Source: Eledone cirrhosa
Taxonomy: Eukaryota
DNA length: 64,000 nt
Assembly (NCBI GenBank): GCA_964016885.1
Contig: OZ024755.1
Coordinates: forward strand, 22,568,001 to 22,632,000
Reading direction: 5' to 3'
The translations under genes and the position numbers were made by a program. This document shows positions 1 through 12,049 of the stretch, in pieces (the first letter of the stretch is position 1; each line of letters begins with the position of its first letter). The notes under the pieces are model-generated. The model saw only the letters and a program-made list of their open reading frames with translations. It was not told the DNA's origin and made no database searches.

Positions 1-36
<36 letters not shown>

Positions 37-172
37 TATATACACATATATATATAGAGAGATATGTATATATGTATATATATATATGTGTGTGTGTGTA
101 GATATATATATATATGTGTAGATTTATATATAAATGTAGATATATATATGTATATAGATATAGACATATATG

Positions 173-205
<33 letters not shown>

Positions 206-521
206 AGATATATATATATATATGTGTGTAGATATATATATATGTATATAGATATAGACATATATGTATATATATATATATAGACATATATGTATATATA
301 TATAGACATATATGTATATATATGTGTGTAGATATATATATATATGTAGATAGATATATATGCATATAGATATAGACATATATGTATATATATAGATATA
401 TAGATACATATATATATATGTATAGACATAGATATATAGATACATATATATGTATATATATAGATATATAGATACATATATATATATGTATAGACATAGA
501 TATATAGATACATATATATAT

Positions 522-571
<50 letters not shown>

Positions 572-585
572 TAAATATTGATATA

Positions 586-625
<40 letters not shown>

Positions 626-656
626 TAGATATTGATATATATTTATATATAGATAT

Positions 657-725
<69 letters not shown>
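1..725. repeat. Compound (TA)n microsatellite
   Basis: TA/TAGA/TGTA runs. Confidence 0.98.
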
Positions 726-727
726 GT

Positions 728-962
728 ATGGAGCAAGGGGGAGGAGAAATTGAAACTTGCCTCCGAGGAAAGGTGTGCTCGAAAAAAGAACTTCACTGTA
801 GCACTGGAGGTGAGCATCTACAAGTGCAGTCACTGTATACAAGACTGCCACTCCCATGTGGGCCTCTACAGTCACAGCACACACTGCACCACCATCAGCA
901 GCTAACATAAATTTCTCCAGGCGCAGATCCATTGTCTTTCGCGATCAATGGTTGCCTATAAT
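728..962 (+). mobile_element. 3' end of a BovB/AviRTE-like RTE LINE
   Basis: 813-905 reads [23 protein letters not shown]...stop, the terminal zinc-finger motif of this group, followed by a short 3' UTR. Confidence 0.7.
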
Positions 963-974
963 GTTAATAATAAT

Positions 975-1415
975 AATTATAATTTCTACTTTTGGCACAA
1001 GGCCAGCAATTTTGGGGAGAGGAATGTCAATTAAATCGACCCCAGACTATTACTGGTGCTTTATTTATCGACCCCCCTCCCCTAAATAATGAAAGGCAAA
1101 AGTAACCTCGGCGGGATTTGAACCCAGAGTGTAAAGGGCCGTAACTCGGTGCCGCTAAGCATGTTGTCCGGCGGTCTATCAATTTTACCAATCAACCGTC
1201 CTAAATAATAATAATAATAATAATAATTGTTTCTACATTTGGCACAACGCCAGCAATTACCCCAGTGCATTACTGGTGCTTTATTTTATCGACCCCGTAA
1301 GGATGAAAGGCAAAGTTAACCTCGGCGGGATTTGAACTATAATAATGGTTTCTTATATAGGCAGAAGGCCATCAATTTGGGGGGGGGGGAGTCGATTAAA
1401 ACGACCCAGTACATT
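975..1415 (-). mobile_element. Cluster of tRNA-derived SINEs with a Meta-like domain
   Basis: B-box GGTTCAAATCCC, domain GCCTTTCATCCTTACGGGGTCGATAAAATAAAGTACCAG, (ATT)n tails. Confidence 0.8.
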
Positions 1416-1419
1416 CCTT

Positions 1420-1718
1420 GGTTGTGAGTTCAATTCTCAGACTGGGTGATGTGTTGTTTCCTTGAGCAAGACACTTTATTTCACATTGCTCCAGTTTACT
1501 CAGCTGTAGAAATGAGATGATGGGGACTGGGGTCCCTATCATTTCACTGCAAAGTGGACATGTAGGTGCCACAGCAAAAAAAGCACCCAGCACTCACTGT
1601 AAATGAGGTTGGTGTTAGGAAGGGCATCCAGCTGTAGAAATCAAGCCAGAATCAGTTCCCGTCCCACCCTTGCAAGCAGGGAAAAAGCAGACGTAAAATG
1701 AAATGATGATGATGATGA
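1420..1718 (+). mobile_element. tRNA/CORE-type SINE with RTE tail, 5'-truncated
   Basis: B-box GAGTTCAATTC, CORE-like TCCTTGAGCAAGACACTT, RTE 3' tail and (ATG)n. Confidence 0.85.
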
Positions 1719-1842
1719 TATATATATATATATATCTGTGTGTGTGTGTGTTTGTGTATTACTGGTGAGTTAACACTGCTTTGTTTCAATGCTGTACTGT
1801 AAGTACAGATCATATCTATAGACTTTTAGCCAACATTATATA

Positions 1843-2025
1843 TGGATTGGCAGTATCGGTAGAGGGTCAGACACCATGCTTTGCAGCAAAGAGTTACGGC
1901 CCTTTATGGTCTGAGTTCAAATCCCGCCGAGGTTAACTTTGCCTTTCAACCTTACAGGGTCGATAAAATAAAGTACCAGTAATACACTGGGTAATTGCTG
2001 GCCTTGTACCAAAAGTAGAAACAAT
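1843..2025 (+). mobile_element. Meta-like SINE
   Basis: Same family as 975-1415. Confidence 0.8.
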
Positions 2026-2464
2026 GATATCTATAGACAGATATGGACATCTTGTATTTATGGACAGTATTTTTATAAACGAAACAAGTATGATATCCAG
2101 TCTATTTTCAATCTTGTCTGGGGATTTCATCAGCGACTGAGTCCGCTCTATCCATTCTAGGAACACTGCTAATAAAGCTATTATTACTAAAGGATAGGCT
2201 AATTTGCATGTATAACTAATTCGTAGTAGTTAATTTAGTTAATATATTATTGGTGCATTAACAGTGCTTTGTTTTAACTAACACTGTATGTAATAGACAG
2301 ATTTTAACACCTTGTCTTCATACTCACAATCTCCGTGAACAGAAAAAAAGGCATCAACCAGACAAGTTTCAATCCTGTGTTGGGATTTCTTCACAGACTA
2401 AGATCCTTCTTTATCTGCCCATATGAACACTCCTCATAAACCCACTAACACTAGGGGTCAAGTC

Positions 2465-2712
2465 TGTCTTGAGCTCTGAGGCTCATCGGGCTGGTGCTTG
2501 TCCCAGTTTCCATGGCATGAAGCAACTGAGAGTACAAGACTCTCCCTTGGACAGGACGCCAGTCCATTGCAGGATTAAACCCCCAATTATTGCTGGCATT
2601 CATTTTCAGCAGAGTATACTGGAGCAATGTGAAATGAAGTGTTTTACTCAAGAACACAACACACAACCCAGGAATCAAACCTATGACATTATGATTGTAA
2701 GTCCAATACATG
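2465..2712 (-). mobile_element. Diverged SINE with CORE-like and V-domain-like segments
   Basis: Minus strand TGTGTTGTGTTCTTGAGTAAAACACTT...TTGCTCCAGT, then CCTGCAATGGACTGGCGTCCTGTCCAAGGG. Confidence 0.6.
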
Positions 2713-2790
2713 GTAGCTAATTTAATTTTTAAATGACAAGTGTATTACTTAAGCTTTTGATAATAGGTTTATAATCAGTGTCTCTGTAGA

Positions 2791-3274
2791 CAGTCAACTA
2801 GGGAACTCGGTTTCTGATATAATCCCAGCACAGTCAATAAGGGAACTCGGTTTCTGATATAATCCCAGCACAGTCAACAAGGGAACTCGGTTTCTGATAT
2901 AATCCCAGCACAGTCAATAAGGGAACTCAGTTTCTGATATAATCCCATCACAGTCAATAAGGGAACTCGGTTTCTGATATAATCCCAGCACAGTCAATAA
3001 GGGAACTCAGTTTCTGATATAATCCCAGCACAGTCAATAAGGGAACTCAGTTTCTGATATAATCCCAGCACAGTCAATAAGGGAACTCAGTTTCTGATAT
3101 AATCCCATCACAGTCAATAAGGGAACTCGGTTTCTGATATAATCCCAGCACAGTCAATAAGGGAACTCAGTTTCTGATATAATCCCAGCACAGTCAATAA
3201 GGGAACTCAGTTTCTGATATAATCCCATCACAGTCAATAAGGGAACTCGGTTTCTGATATAATCCCAGCACAGT
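2791..3274. repeat. 40-bp minisatellite, 12 copies
   Basis: Unit CAGTCAATAAGGGAACTCRGTTTCTGATATAATCCCAKCA. Confidence 0.97.
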
Positions 3275-3554
3275 ATTGAATATTATTCAGGCTGATCTTT
3301 CTTTTTCTGTCCACAACGATATTGTATATAAAGAAGGGTGTTTACATAAGTCTATATATACAGTGTTAGCTAAAAATCTAGTACAGAAAACCATCACCAT
3401 CATTATCATCATCGTTGCCATTGTTTATATGCTTGTTTTTCCATGCTTGCATGAATTGGGCAGGTCCTTTTCAGCGCAACATCTCTCCACTTGTTGCATT
3501 CCTTCGTCATCTCTGTCAGTCTCAGTGATTTGACATATTTGTATATATATATAT

Positions 3555-3945
3555 GAAGGCACATGGCTTAGTGGTTAGAGCATTGGGTTTGCAATCGAAA
3601 GGTTGTGAGCTCAATCTCAGACCAGGGTGATGTGTTGTTTCCTTGAGAAAGACACTTTATTTCACATTGCTCCAGTTTACTCAGCTGTAGAAATGAGATG
3701 ATAGGGACTGGGGTCCCTATCATTCCACTGCAAAGTGGTCATGTAGGCGCCACGGCAAAAAAGCACCCAGCACTCACTGTAAATGAGGTTGGTGTTAGGA
3801 AGGGTATCCAGCTGTAGTAATCAAGCCAGAATCAGTTCCCATATGAGCAAGAGAAGGTCAGCTGACTGGACACTGCCCACAACAGGACAACCCGTCTAAC
3901 CCATGCTAGCGTGGAAGAACGGACGTAAAACGGTGATGATGATGA
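3555..3945 (+). mobile_element. CORE-type SINE with an alternative RTE tail
   Basis: A-box TGGCTTAGTGG and the same body up to 3840, then a different RTE-like 3' end. Confidence 0.85.
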
Positions 3946-3979
3946 TGATATATATATATATATGTGTGTGTGTTCCTAT

Positions 3980-4328
3980 CTGTTGCTGTGAACGACCCAG
4001 CATAAATGTGTTGAGAGAGAAACTGTGTCTGAGAGGGATAGAATGTAGTGTACGGGAGAGGAGACTGAGGTGGTATGGACATGTGATGCGCATGGAGGAT
4101 GACCGATGGGTGAAGAAGTGCCAGCAATTGCCAGTTGAAGGAAGACGTGGTAGAGGTAGACCACGAAAAACATGGGCGGAGGTGGTGAGAACAGACCTCA
4201 GATCATTGAAGCTCACGGTGGAGATGACGAGGGACCGTGACGAGTGGAGAGATGCTGTGCTGAATAAGACCCGTCCCACCCTTGCAAGCAGGGAAAAGCG
4301 GACGTAAAATGATGATGATGATGATGAT
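3980..4328 (+). mobile_element. 5'-truncated copy of the same RTE LINE
   Basis: RERRLRWYGHVMRMEDDRWVKKC...GRPRKTW plus (GAT)n tail; near-identical to the reverse complement of 29141-29480. Confidence 0.92.
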
Positions 4329-4344
4329 GTGTGTAGTAATACTA

Positions 4345-4640
4345 GATGGTGCCATACCAAATGATTGGCACAGCAGCATCATTGTCAACTGCTAAAAGAG
4401 TAAAGGAAATGCACTAGAGGAGACTATAGAGGCATGAAGTTGATGCATCAGGTCATGAAAATGACAGAAAGAATTATAACACAGCTGATTAGGGACTAGG
4501 TAAATTTAGATGAGATGCAGTTTGGATTTGTGCCAGGCAAGGGACCACAGATGCTCTCTTCCTGGTGAAGCTGTTGGGGGAAAAGTACCTAGCTAAAAGT
4601 AAGCCACTCTACCTGGAATTTGTTGATCTGGAAAAACCTT
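4345..4640 (+). mobile_element. Degenerate RTE reverse-transcriptase fragment
   Basis: Translates to KGNALE..YRGMKL...LDEMQFGFVPG...EKYLAKSKPLY.EFVDLEK. Confidence 0.8.
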
Positions 4641-4818
4641 TGTGTGTATATGTTTATGTTTTCGTATGTGTGATAGCAGGTGTGTGTGTGTGTGTGTATG
4701 ACTGTGTATGCATGAGTGTGTGTTTGTGTATTTGATAGTGCACGTATGTTTGTATGTTCGTGCACGTGTGTGTATGCTTATATGTGTATGTGTTTGTATG
4801 TACATGTATGTGTGAGTG

Positions 4819-5168
4819 CCCGCCGAGGTTAACTTTGCCTTTCATCCTTACGGGGTCGATAGAATAAAGTACCAGTAACCTACTGGGGTAATTGCTGGCC
4901 TTGTGCCAAATGTAGAAACAATTATTATTATTATTAAGGACGGTTGATTGGTAAAATTGATAGAGCGCCGGACAACATGCTTAGCGGCACCGAGTTACGG
5001 CCCTTTACATTCTGGGTTCAAATCCCGCCGAGGTTACCTTTGCCTTTTATTATTTGGAAGGGGGGGGGTCGATAAATAAAGCACCAGTAATAGTCTGGGG
5101 TCGATTTAATTGACATTCCCCTCCCCCAAAATTGCTGGCCTTGTGCCTAAAGTAGAAACAATTATTAT
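4819..5168 (+). mobile_element. Two tandem Meta-like SINEs
   Basis: Head-to-tail copies separated by (ATT)n. Confidence 0.8.
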
Positions 5169-5299
5169 CATCATTGTTGTTGTTGTTGTTGTCTTCCTCC
5201 CCATCACAATCAGCTGTGTTCTGTACATACCTCACAACTACTATGGAAGGGAAAAAATAAATCAGTGAATTTCCTCACTGCGAGTGAAGCATGCAACTA

Positions 5300-5870
5300 T
5301 TGCTGCTGTTGCTGTTACTGCTGCTTTGCTGCTGCTGCTGCTGCTGCTGTTGCTGTTACTGTTGCTTCTACTGCTGCTGCTGCTAGTAAATACGATGATG
5401 ATAATGATGATGATGACAGTGGTGGCAGTGGTCGTGGGTGGCAGCAGGTGATGATGATAATGTGATAATATTGGTGGTGGTGGTGGTGGTGGTTGTGGTG
5501 GTAATAGTGGTGGTGGTGGCGGTGGTATTAGTAGTGGTGGTGGTAATAGTGGTTGTGGTGGTGGTGGTGGTGGTGGTAATAGTGGTGGTGGTATAGTGGT
5601 GGTGGTGGTGGTAATAGTGGTGGTGGTGGTGGTGGTAAAAGTGGTGGTGTTAATAGTAGTGGTGGTAATAGTGGTGGTGGTATAGTGGTGGTGGTGGTAA
5701 TAGTGGTTGTGGTGGTGGTAATAGTGGTGGTGGTAATAGTGGTGGTGGTAATAGTAGTGGTGGTAATAGTGGTGGTAGTGGTGGTGGTAATAATGGTGGT
5801 GGTAATAGTAGTGGTGGTAATAGTTGTGGTGGTGGTAATAGTGGTGGTGGTAATAGTGGTGGTGGTATAA
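5300..5870. repeat. Trinucleotide repeats (GCT, GAT, GGT/AGT/AAT)
   Basis: Direct inspection. Confidence 0.95.
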
Positions 5871-6039
5871 TTCTGCCACTCACTATCAGCCAACAGATGG
5901 TATGGAAAGGCTACATGTTGTAGTGGTGTAATCTCCGCGACACCGAGAGACTGAGCATTGGTTCACTGAAGACAGAGTCAGGGGTAGTACCTACATACAT
6001 ACGTGCATGTTTGTGTGTGTGTGTACATAAATATATGTC

Positions 6040-6071
<32 letters not shown>

Positions 6072-6079
6072 CATATATA

Positions 6080-7386
6080 CAGGGTGTGGACGATATTTGT
6101 TCGCAGTTTTCAACTGCTAATTTTATGCAAATTTTTTTTATTTCCATTGTCACTCTTGTCTTCATAAAAACAGTGACTATATTTCCATTATTTATTTTCA
6201 GAATAATTGATTATGAATAATTTTGAACCTCCAAATTTGCGGAAGAGACACAGAGTTCTTCTTGGAATCCGCGCCGGGAGGACAAATAAGGACATTTCAG
6301 ACTTTCTTAGCGTCAGCAGGAGAATGGTGGAAAAGGTCAGAAAGGAATTGGAAGATTCAGGATTCGACTATGAAGCAACATCAGAGAGGAAAACACATGA
6401 TCGACGATCTGACGCCTTCGGAACGCCCGAGTTCATCGCTGAAGTTCAGGATATCATCAACAATGAACCTCGCAAGTCGATGCGTGCCATTGCAAGGGAG
6501 AAAGGCGTGGATGAAAAGCTCATTAGGCTGGTGGTACATGAAGACATTCGCTACATTTCATACAAGATGAGGAAAGGACAGTTTCTGTCAAAGGCAATGC
6601 AAGAAAAGCAACTGAAGCACGCAAAGAAGTTGATCAACAAGTTGAAACACCCACTGGAGCCAGACATGCTGTGGTTTTTCTCCGACAAGAAAAACTTCTG
6701 CCAAGACCAGAAGATCAACTCCCAGAACAACAGGTGGTTCGCTGTCTCATCCAAAGACGTGCCCAGAGTCATTCAGACAAAGTTTCCAGCGACAACATTG
6801 GTCTTAGGTGTCGTCAGCAGTCAAGGTGACGTCCTGCCACCTCACTTCCTCCCTGAGGGCCTCAAGCTGAACACCGATGGCTACATCCGTGTTCTGAGCG
6901 AGGTAGTAAAGTACTGGATCGACCAGGTAGCTGCAGGTAGGCCGTACGTGTGGCAGCAAGACTCAGCGCCCTGCCATATCAGGCGAAAGACCCAAGCCTG
7001 GCTGTCAGAGAACTTCGTCGACCACACTTCACCTGACATCTGGCCTCCCAGCTCGCCTGACTGCAACCCCCTCGACTTCTTTGTATGGGGCGCAGTGGAA
7101 CGAGACACCAACAGATCTAGCTGCAATATGAAAGACGATCTGAAGGCCAGGATCACAAGTGCCTTTAGGGGGCTAAGTCGGGGGACAGTGACGAAGGCCT
7201 GTAGTCGGTTCCGAGGCCGCCTTGTGGCCGTCATCAAAGCCAATGGCGGGTTTATCGAGTGAGATCGAAAGAACAAGTCATGAAGACAAACTGACCCAAG
7301 TTTGATAAATATATCTTAAAAAATAAAACTACTGTGTTATTTTTTCCAAGACAGTAATCTTGCGAACATATATCGTCTGCACCGTG
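6080..7386 (+). mobile_element. Full-length Tc1/mariner transposon, DD37D (maT-type)
   Basis: TIRs CAGGGTGTGGACGATATTTGTTCGCA / TGCGAACATATATCGTCTGCACCGTG, TA on both flanks, internal transposase ORF. Confidence 0.93.
6213..7262 (+). CDS. DD37D transposase, 349 aa, uninterrupted
   Basis: N-terminal HTH-like region; motifs FFSD, WQQDSAPCH and WPPSSPDCNPLDF, with 37 residues between the second and third D. Confidence 0.92.
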   Translation: MNNFEPPNLRKRHRVLLGIRAGRTNKDISDFLSVSRRMVEKVRKELEDSGFDYEATSERKTHDRRSDAFGTPEFIAEVQDIINNEPRKSMRAIAREKGVDEKLIRLVVHEDIRYISYKMRKGQFLSKAMQEKQLKHAKKLINKLKHPLEPDMLWFFSDKKNFCQDQKINSQNNRWFAVSSKDVPRVIQTKFPATTLVLGVVSSQGDVLPPHFLPEGLKLNTDGYIRVLSEVVKYWIDQVAAGRPYVWQQDSAPCHIRRKTQAWLSENFVDHTSPDIWPPSSPDCNPLDFFVWGAVERDTNRSSCNMKDDLKARITSAFRGLSRGTVTKACSRFRGRLVAVIKANGGFIE

Positions 7387-7533
7387 TATATGGACTAATA
7401 CATATCAATACATATGTATATATGGATGTCTTCATAAACACACATATGTATACTAACAGGAAGATTAATTTGATTTATATATATATATATATATATGTAT
7501 ATGTATATATTTGTATGTACATATATATATATA

Positions 7534-7587
<54 letters not shown>

Positions 7588-7672
7588 ATGTGTTTATATA
7601 TATATATATATCTATATATGTGTATGTATATATGTGTATGTATATATGTGTATATATATATGTGTATATATA

Positions 7673-7712
<40 letters not shown>

Positions 7713-7997
7713 ATGTAGGAGGTGAGTTTTATTGTAGTACAATAAAGATATGTTGATATATATATATATAATGTATATATGTTGATATATATATATATAT
7801 ATAATGTAGGAGGTGAGTTTTATTGTAGTACATAAGATATGTTGATTTAAAACTGCACTATCCACAAGTGTTTTTAGCCTTCATATCATGTTCTCCTGTT
7901 TTATCTGATGAAAACACAAATATTATTGCATGATGATGTTTGTTTTTGAAATGCGCATAATAAAATACATGGAACTCCTTTAACCATCTTTTGATCT

Positions 7998-8033
<36 letters not shown>

Positions 8034-8959
8034 AATATAGTTGAAAGTAAACCTAGCTGGAGACAGTTGACTTATTCCTTGTTATTTCATTGATAGAAAC
8101 TAGTCACCTCACACTTTCACGCACCAAAACCACCACCATTACTACTATTTTCTATTTTAGGCACATTGCTAGTAATTGGGGGTCAAATTCTATTATATCG
8201 ACTCAAGTATTTTATTTTATTGACCCAGTGAAGTTGAAAGGTAAAGTGGACCGTAGTGAAAATAATGTGTTGTCGATCTTTTCATCGCCCCTCTACTCTG
8301 ACCCCACCCCCCAAAATATGAATAGGAAATTCCATAGCTACTCTGAGATTCTCATTTTTGTATCTTCATTCAGGTATTCATTCATCTTTTGTGTCACCTG
8401 ATGGACTGCATATACATACATACATACATACATACATACATACATACATACATACATACATACATACATACATACTGCTTGCAAATTCAGAGTATTATAA
8501 TCGTTTGCCAGATTACAGAAAATGATGCACTTTTAGGCTACGGCCAGCCACACGAACCTGTAACAGATCTTGAACAAGCAATGCCTGGGCTTTGAAGGGT
8601 TTTTTTAAGTGAGGAAAGGTCTTGCACTCGACCAATCCCACTCTCTGAACATCGAAAACACTATCCGAAAAGGAGAACTGGTCAACATCATCGGATGCTT
8701 CCAAAGCTGCAGGTTTTTTTTCAGTGTTTCCCTGTCCTAGAAAAGTGTTGTGACAACAACTGGAGGCCTTTCACTCCCAGGTAAAAAAAAAAAAAAAGGG
8801 CTATTTGGATGTCTGTTGACTCTGCTGAGTTCCTCCACCCTTTGCTGGGTCTTGTATATCATCCCGCAGAGTGTCCAAATATCACCCTCCTCACCAAGCA
8901 AGTGGTGGGGTTGCCGGTTTAGTCGCCGACGACCCAACCTTGAGACAGGATGTACTGGG

Positions 8960-9015
<56 letters not shown>

Positions 9016-10072
9016 CTATCAACATCATTATATGGTGGAGTAATCTTATCTTCAGAAAGTATGTTACTGAACTAGTTACAGTTAAGTGAGATGGGGACAA
9101 ATGATAGCAAAAAGATGTATGGTTGTATGCCTTGAGGACAAAAAATATTTAACTTATTTTGCAGATGAATATTTTTTTCTTGGGCATACTAAAGGGGGAG
9201 TGGGTGATATGATCAGTAGAATATCAGATTAAATGTCTTGCAGTATTTAGCTACATCCCTTTAAATTTTGAGTTCAAATCCTATTGAAACCAACTTTACT
9301 GCTGAGAATTTTCGTTTTTTTTATTGGCTTGAAAGTTAATTTGATTTTCCTCTGTTGAGGAACCAGAGGAGAGATCAAGAAAATAAAGTCAAAAAATATT
9401 CTTCTCAACCTGGATTAATGGTATTTTATCTGATGGTTGTTAGAGAGAAAGGAACAAAAAAAAAAAAGAATCAAGCCACCACTTGGAGAAGTTATAAAAA
9501 GGACTTTCAGTGGGAGCCCTAACTAAAGAATCTTAGTGAGAAGAAAACATACCATATTTTTAGATAATTTAAGAGAGAGTCCTACTAATCTATAAGTAAC
9601 TGTCTTATTACGTTCAGTACAAGGACACAGCCAGGCAGTATAATATAATGGTGGGAATTCTAAAGAAGATAAGATAATAGGAAAAGATAAATATGTGAAG
9701 CTTGAAAGTTTGAATAAAATAGGGAGCAAGCAATCTTATTCAGATGCTAGACCCAAAGAAAAATAACTAAATAGTTACACAATAAATTTAGACAGGGAAA
9801 GGGTGAAATATATAAAGAGGGAGCAAGCAATCTTATTCAGAAGCTAGACCCCAAGAAAAATAACTAAATAGTTAAAAAGTAAAGTTTGACAGGGAAAGGA
9901 TGAAAGATATAATGGTCTTTTTTATTTTGTTTTGGTGTTTACTTATATTTCTTAAATTCCATTAACTAATCAGAATGTTAAATCAGTGAGGGGTAGAATG
10001 TTGAAACATTCAAGATTAGCAATAGTAAGCAGCAGAGAGGGAATTATGACTGACTAGAGAACAAGTATTTAA

Positions 10073-10292
10073 CCCTTTAGCATTTACATTACTCTCTATA
10101 TACTATTGCATGTTCACGGTAAAGGCTTTACCTCACATAATATCTCATATAATATCAAATCTATGAGATTTTGCTTTTATTTATTTTGAGAACAATACCT
10201 TAACATAAGTATGAGTGGCTAGTTACAGCCAGTTTGAACAGAAAATGGTGAGAGAATTCTGGCCAGTTACAGCTGGTTTAAATGCTAAAGGG
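10073..10292. mobile_element. TTAA-flanked MITE (piggyBac-like)
   Basis: TTAA-CCCTTTAGCATTTA...TAAATGCTAAAGGG-TTAA. Confidence 0.85.
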
Positions 10293-10874
10293 TTAACAGG
10301 GAACACTTGTATAGTATGATAAAAAAAAAGTCCTTAACTGAAAAAGGATTAGCCAATGTAGTCAGTGGAACATTGATGAACAAAGCAATGAAGGAAATGA
10401 AGACACTACAAACTACAGAGCTCTCAGTCAAAGTTAGGGATATGCTAAAAGTTTCAGGTCAGCTTTGAACAATTTCACCAAAAAGGATTAACAGGTCAAG
10501 CCATTCTAGAATGTGTTACCTCTTAGGAAGCTTAGCAGCGACTTCAATGGCTTCCAGACTTTTATGTCCTCTAATTAAACAGGTGTAACTACAAATTATG
10601 GGAAAAAGGGGTGGGGTGGAAGTCTTATAGCTAAAATAAAATGTATGATATATAGTGTTTGTATTTGTGCCAAGCCAAAGAACTACAATGAGAATGTTTT
10701 TAAGGAATGAATTATAAGAGAATTTAATCCTTTCAGAAACCATAGGAATTCATAGGGTCAGCACCTAAATTCTTGAACAGTAACTGATAATGTTTTGATT
10801 AAAGCAATGAAGACATATGACTATATTGAATATACATACAGTGAAAACTTATTGTATATATACATATATACACT

Positions 10875-11212
10875 GGAGGCACATGGCTTAGTGGTTAGAG
10901 CATCGGCCTTGCAATCGAAAGGTTGTGAGTTCAATTCTCAGACTGGGTGATGTGTTGTTTCCTTGAGCAAGACACTTTATTTCACATTGCTCCAGTTTAC
11001 TCAGCTGTAGAAATGAGATGATAGGGACTGGGGTCCATATCATTCCACTGCAAAGTGGTCGTGGAGGTGCCACAGCAAAAAAGCACCCAGCACTCACTGT
11101 AAATGAGGTTGGTGTTAGGAAGGGCATCCAGCTGTAGAAATCAAGCCAGCATCAGTTCCCGTCCCACCCTTGCAAGCAGGGAAAAAGCGGACGTAAAATG
11201 AAATGATGAATG
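10875..11212 (+). mobile_element. Full-length CORE-type SINE
   Basis: A and B boxes, CORE-like domain, RTE tail. Confidence 0.9.
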
Positions 11213-12049
11213 AATGACACTGAAAACATGCTGCTATATTGTTTATACATAGTGAAAACATTGTTATATACAAATATACACTGAAAACATGCTGCTATAT
11301 TGTTTATACATAGTGAAAACATTGAATTTATATACACTAAAAACATGTTACCATATTGAATATACATACATTCATAGTAAAAATTGGTGAAATGATCAAA
11401 CTGAAACATATTGGAATAGAATCAAAGACCTCTTCTAAACAGACAGTGATAGAATAGAAAGAAGAAGAATATACCATAGATAAGGCCTGTCAAACATGCG
11501 CCCTTTATGAGCACACCTGTTGCCCACACAAAGGTTTTTTTACAGCGGGAGCATTTTTTAGCTTCGTAATATATAATAAAAAAATTAGTTGTAATGTGCA
11601 CAATTAGTTGTCGCGTGTGGCCCTCAGACAGCACATATGTGAGCCATGTGGCCCTTGGGGGACCCTCAGCTTGTCTTTGCATTTCTTCCTGTGTGTATGA
11701 AATATAAATATTTATTTTTCCCTACTGGGATTGTTAGTCATTGATGTTAGATTAACTAAATAGTTGGTAGAAAAAGACTTCTTCTCTTTAAAGTACAAAC
11801 TAGAGTTGGTTGTTCAATGACAGGAGAAAACTATGAAGAAGGTAGATAAGAATCTAGTGCGGGAAGTAGTGGTGGTGGTGGTGGTGGTGGTAATAGCTGA
11901 AGAGTAAGCTGGTAATAGTGAGTAAACTAGTTGTAGTAGAAGTGGTGATAGGAGTAGAATTAGTAGTGGTAATAGTAACGGAGTAAGCTAGTAGTAGTAG
12001 TGGTAATAGTAAGGGAGTAAGCTAGTAGTAATAGTAGTGGTAATAGTAA

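Noticed and set aside
5262-5893. His/Pro/Thr-rich ORFs
   Set aside because: Trinucleotide repeats open in all frames, with no splice or domain support.
10875-10950. tRNA gene
   Set aside because: tRNA-derived SINE head; it continues into the SINE body and lacks a convincing cloverleaf.
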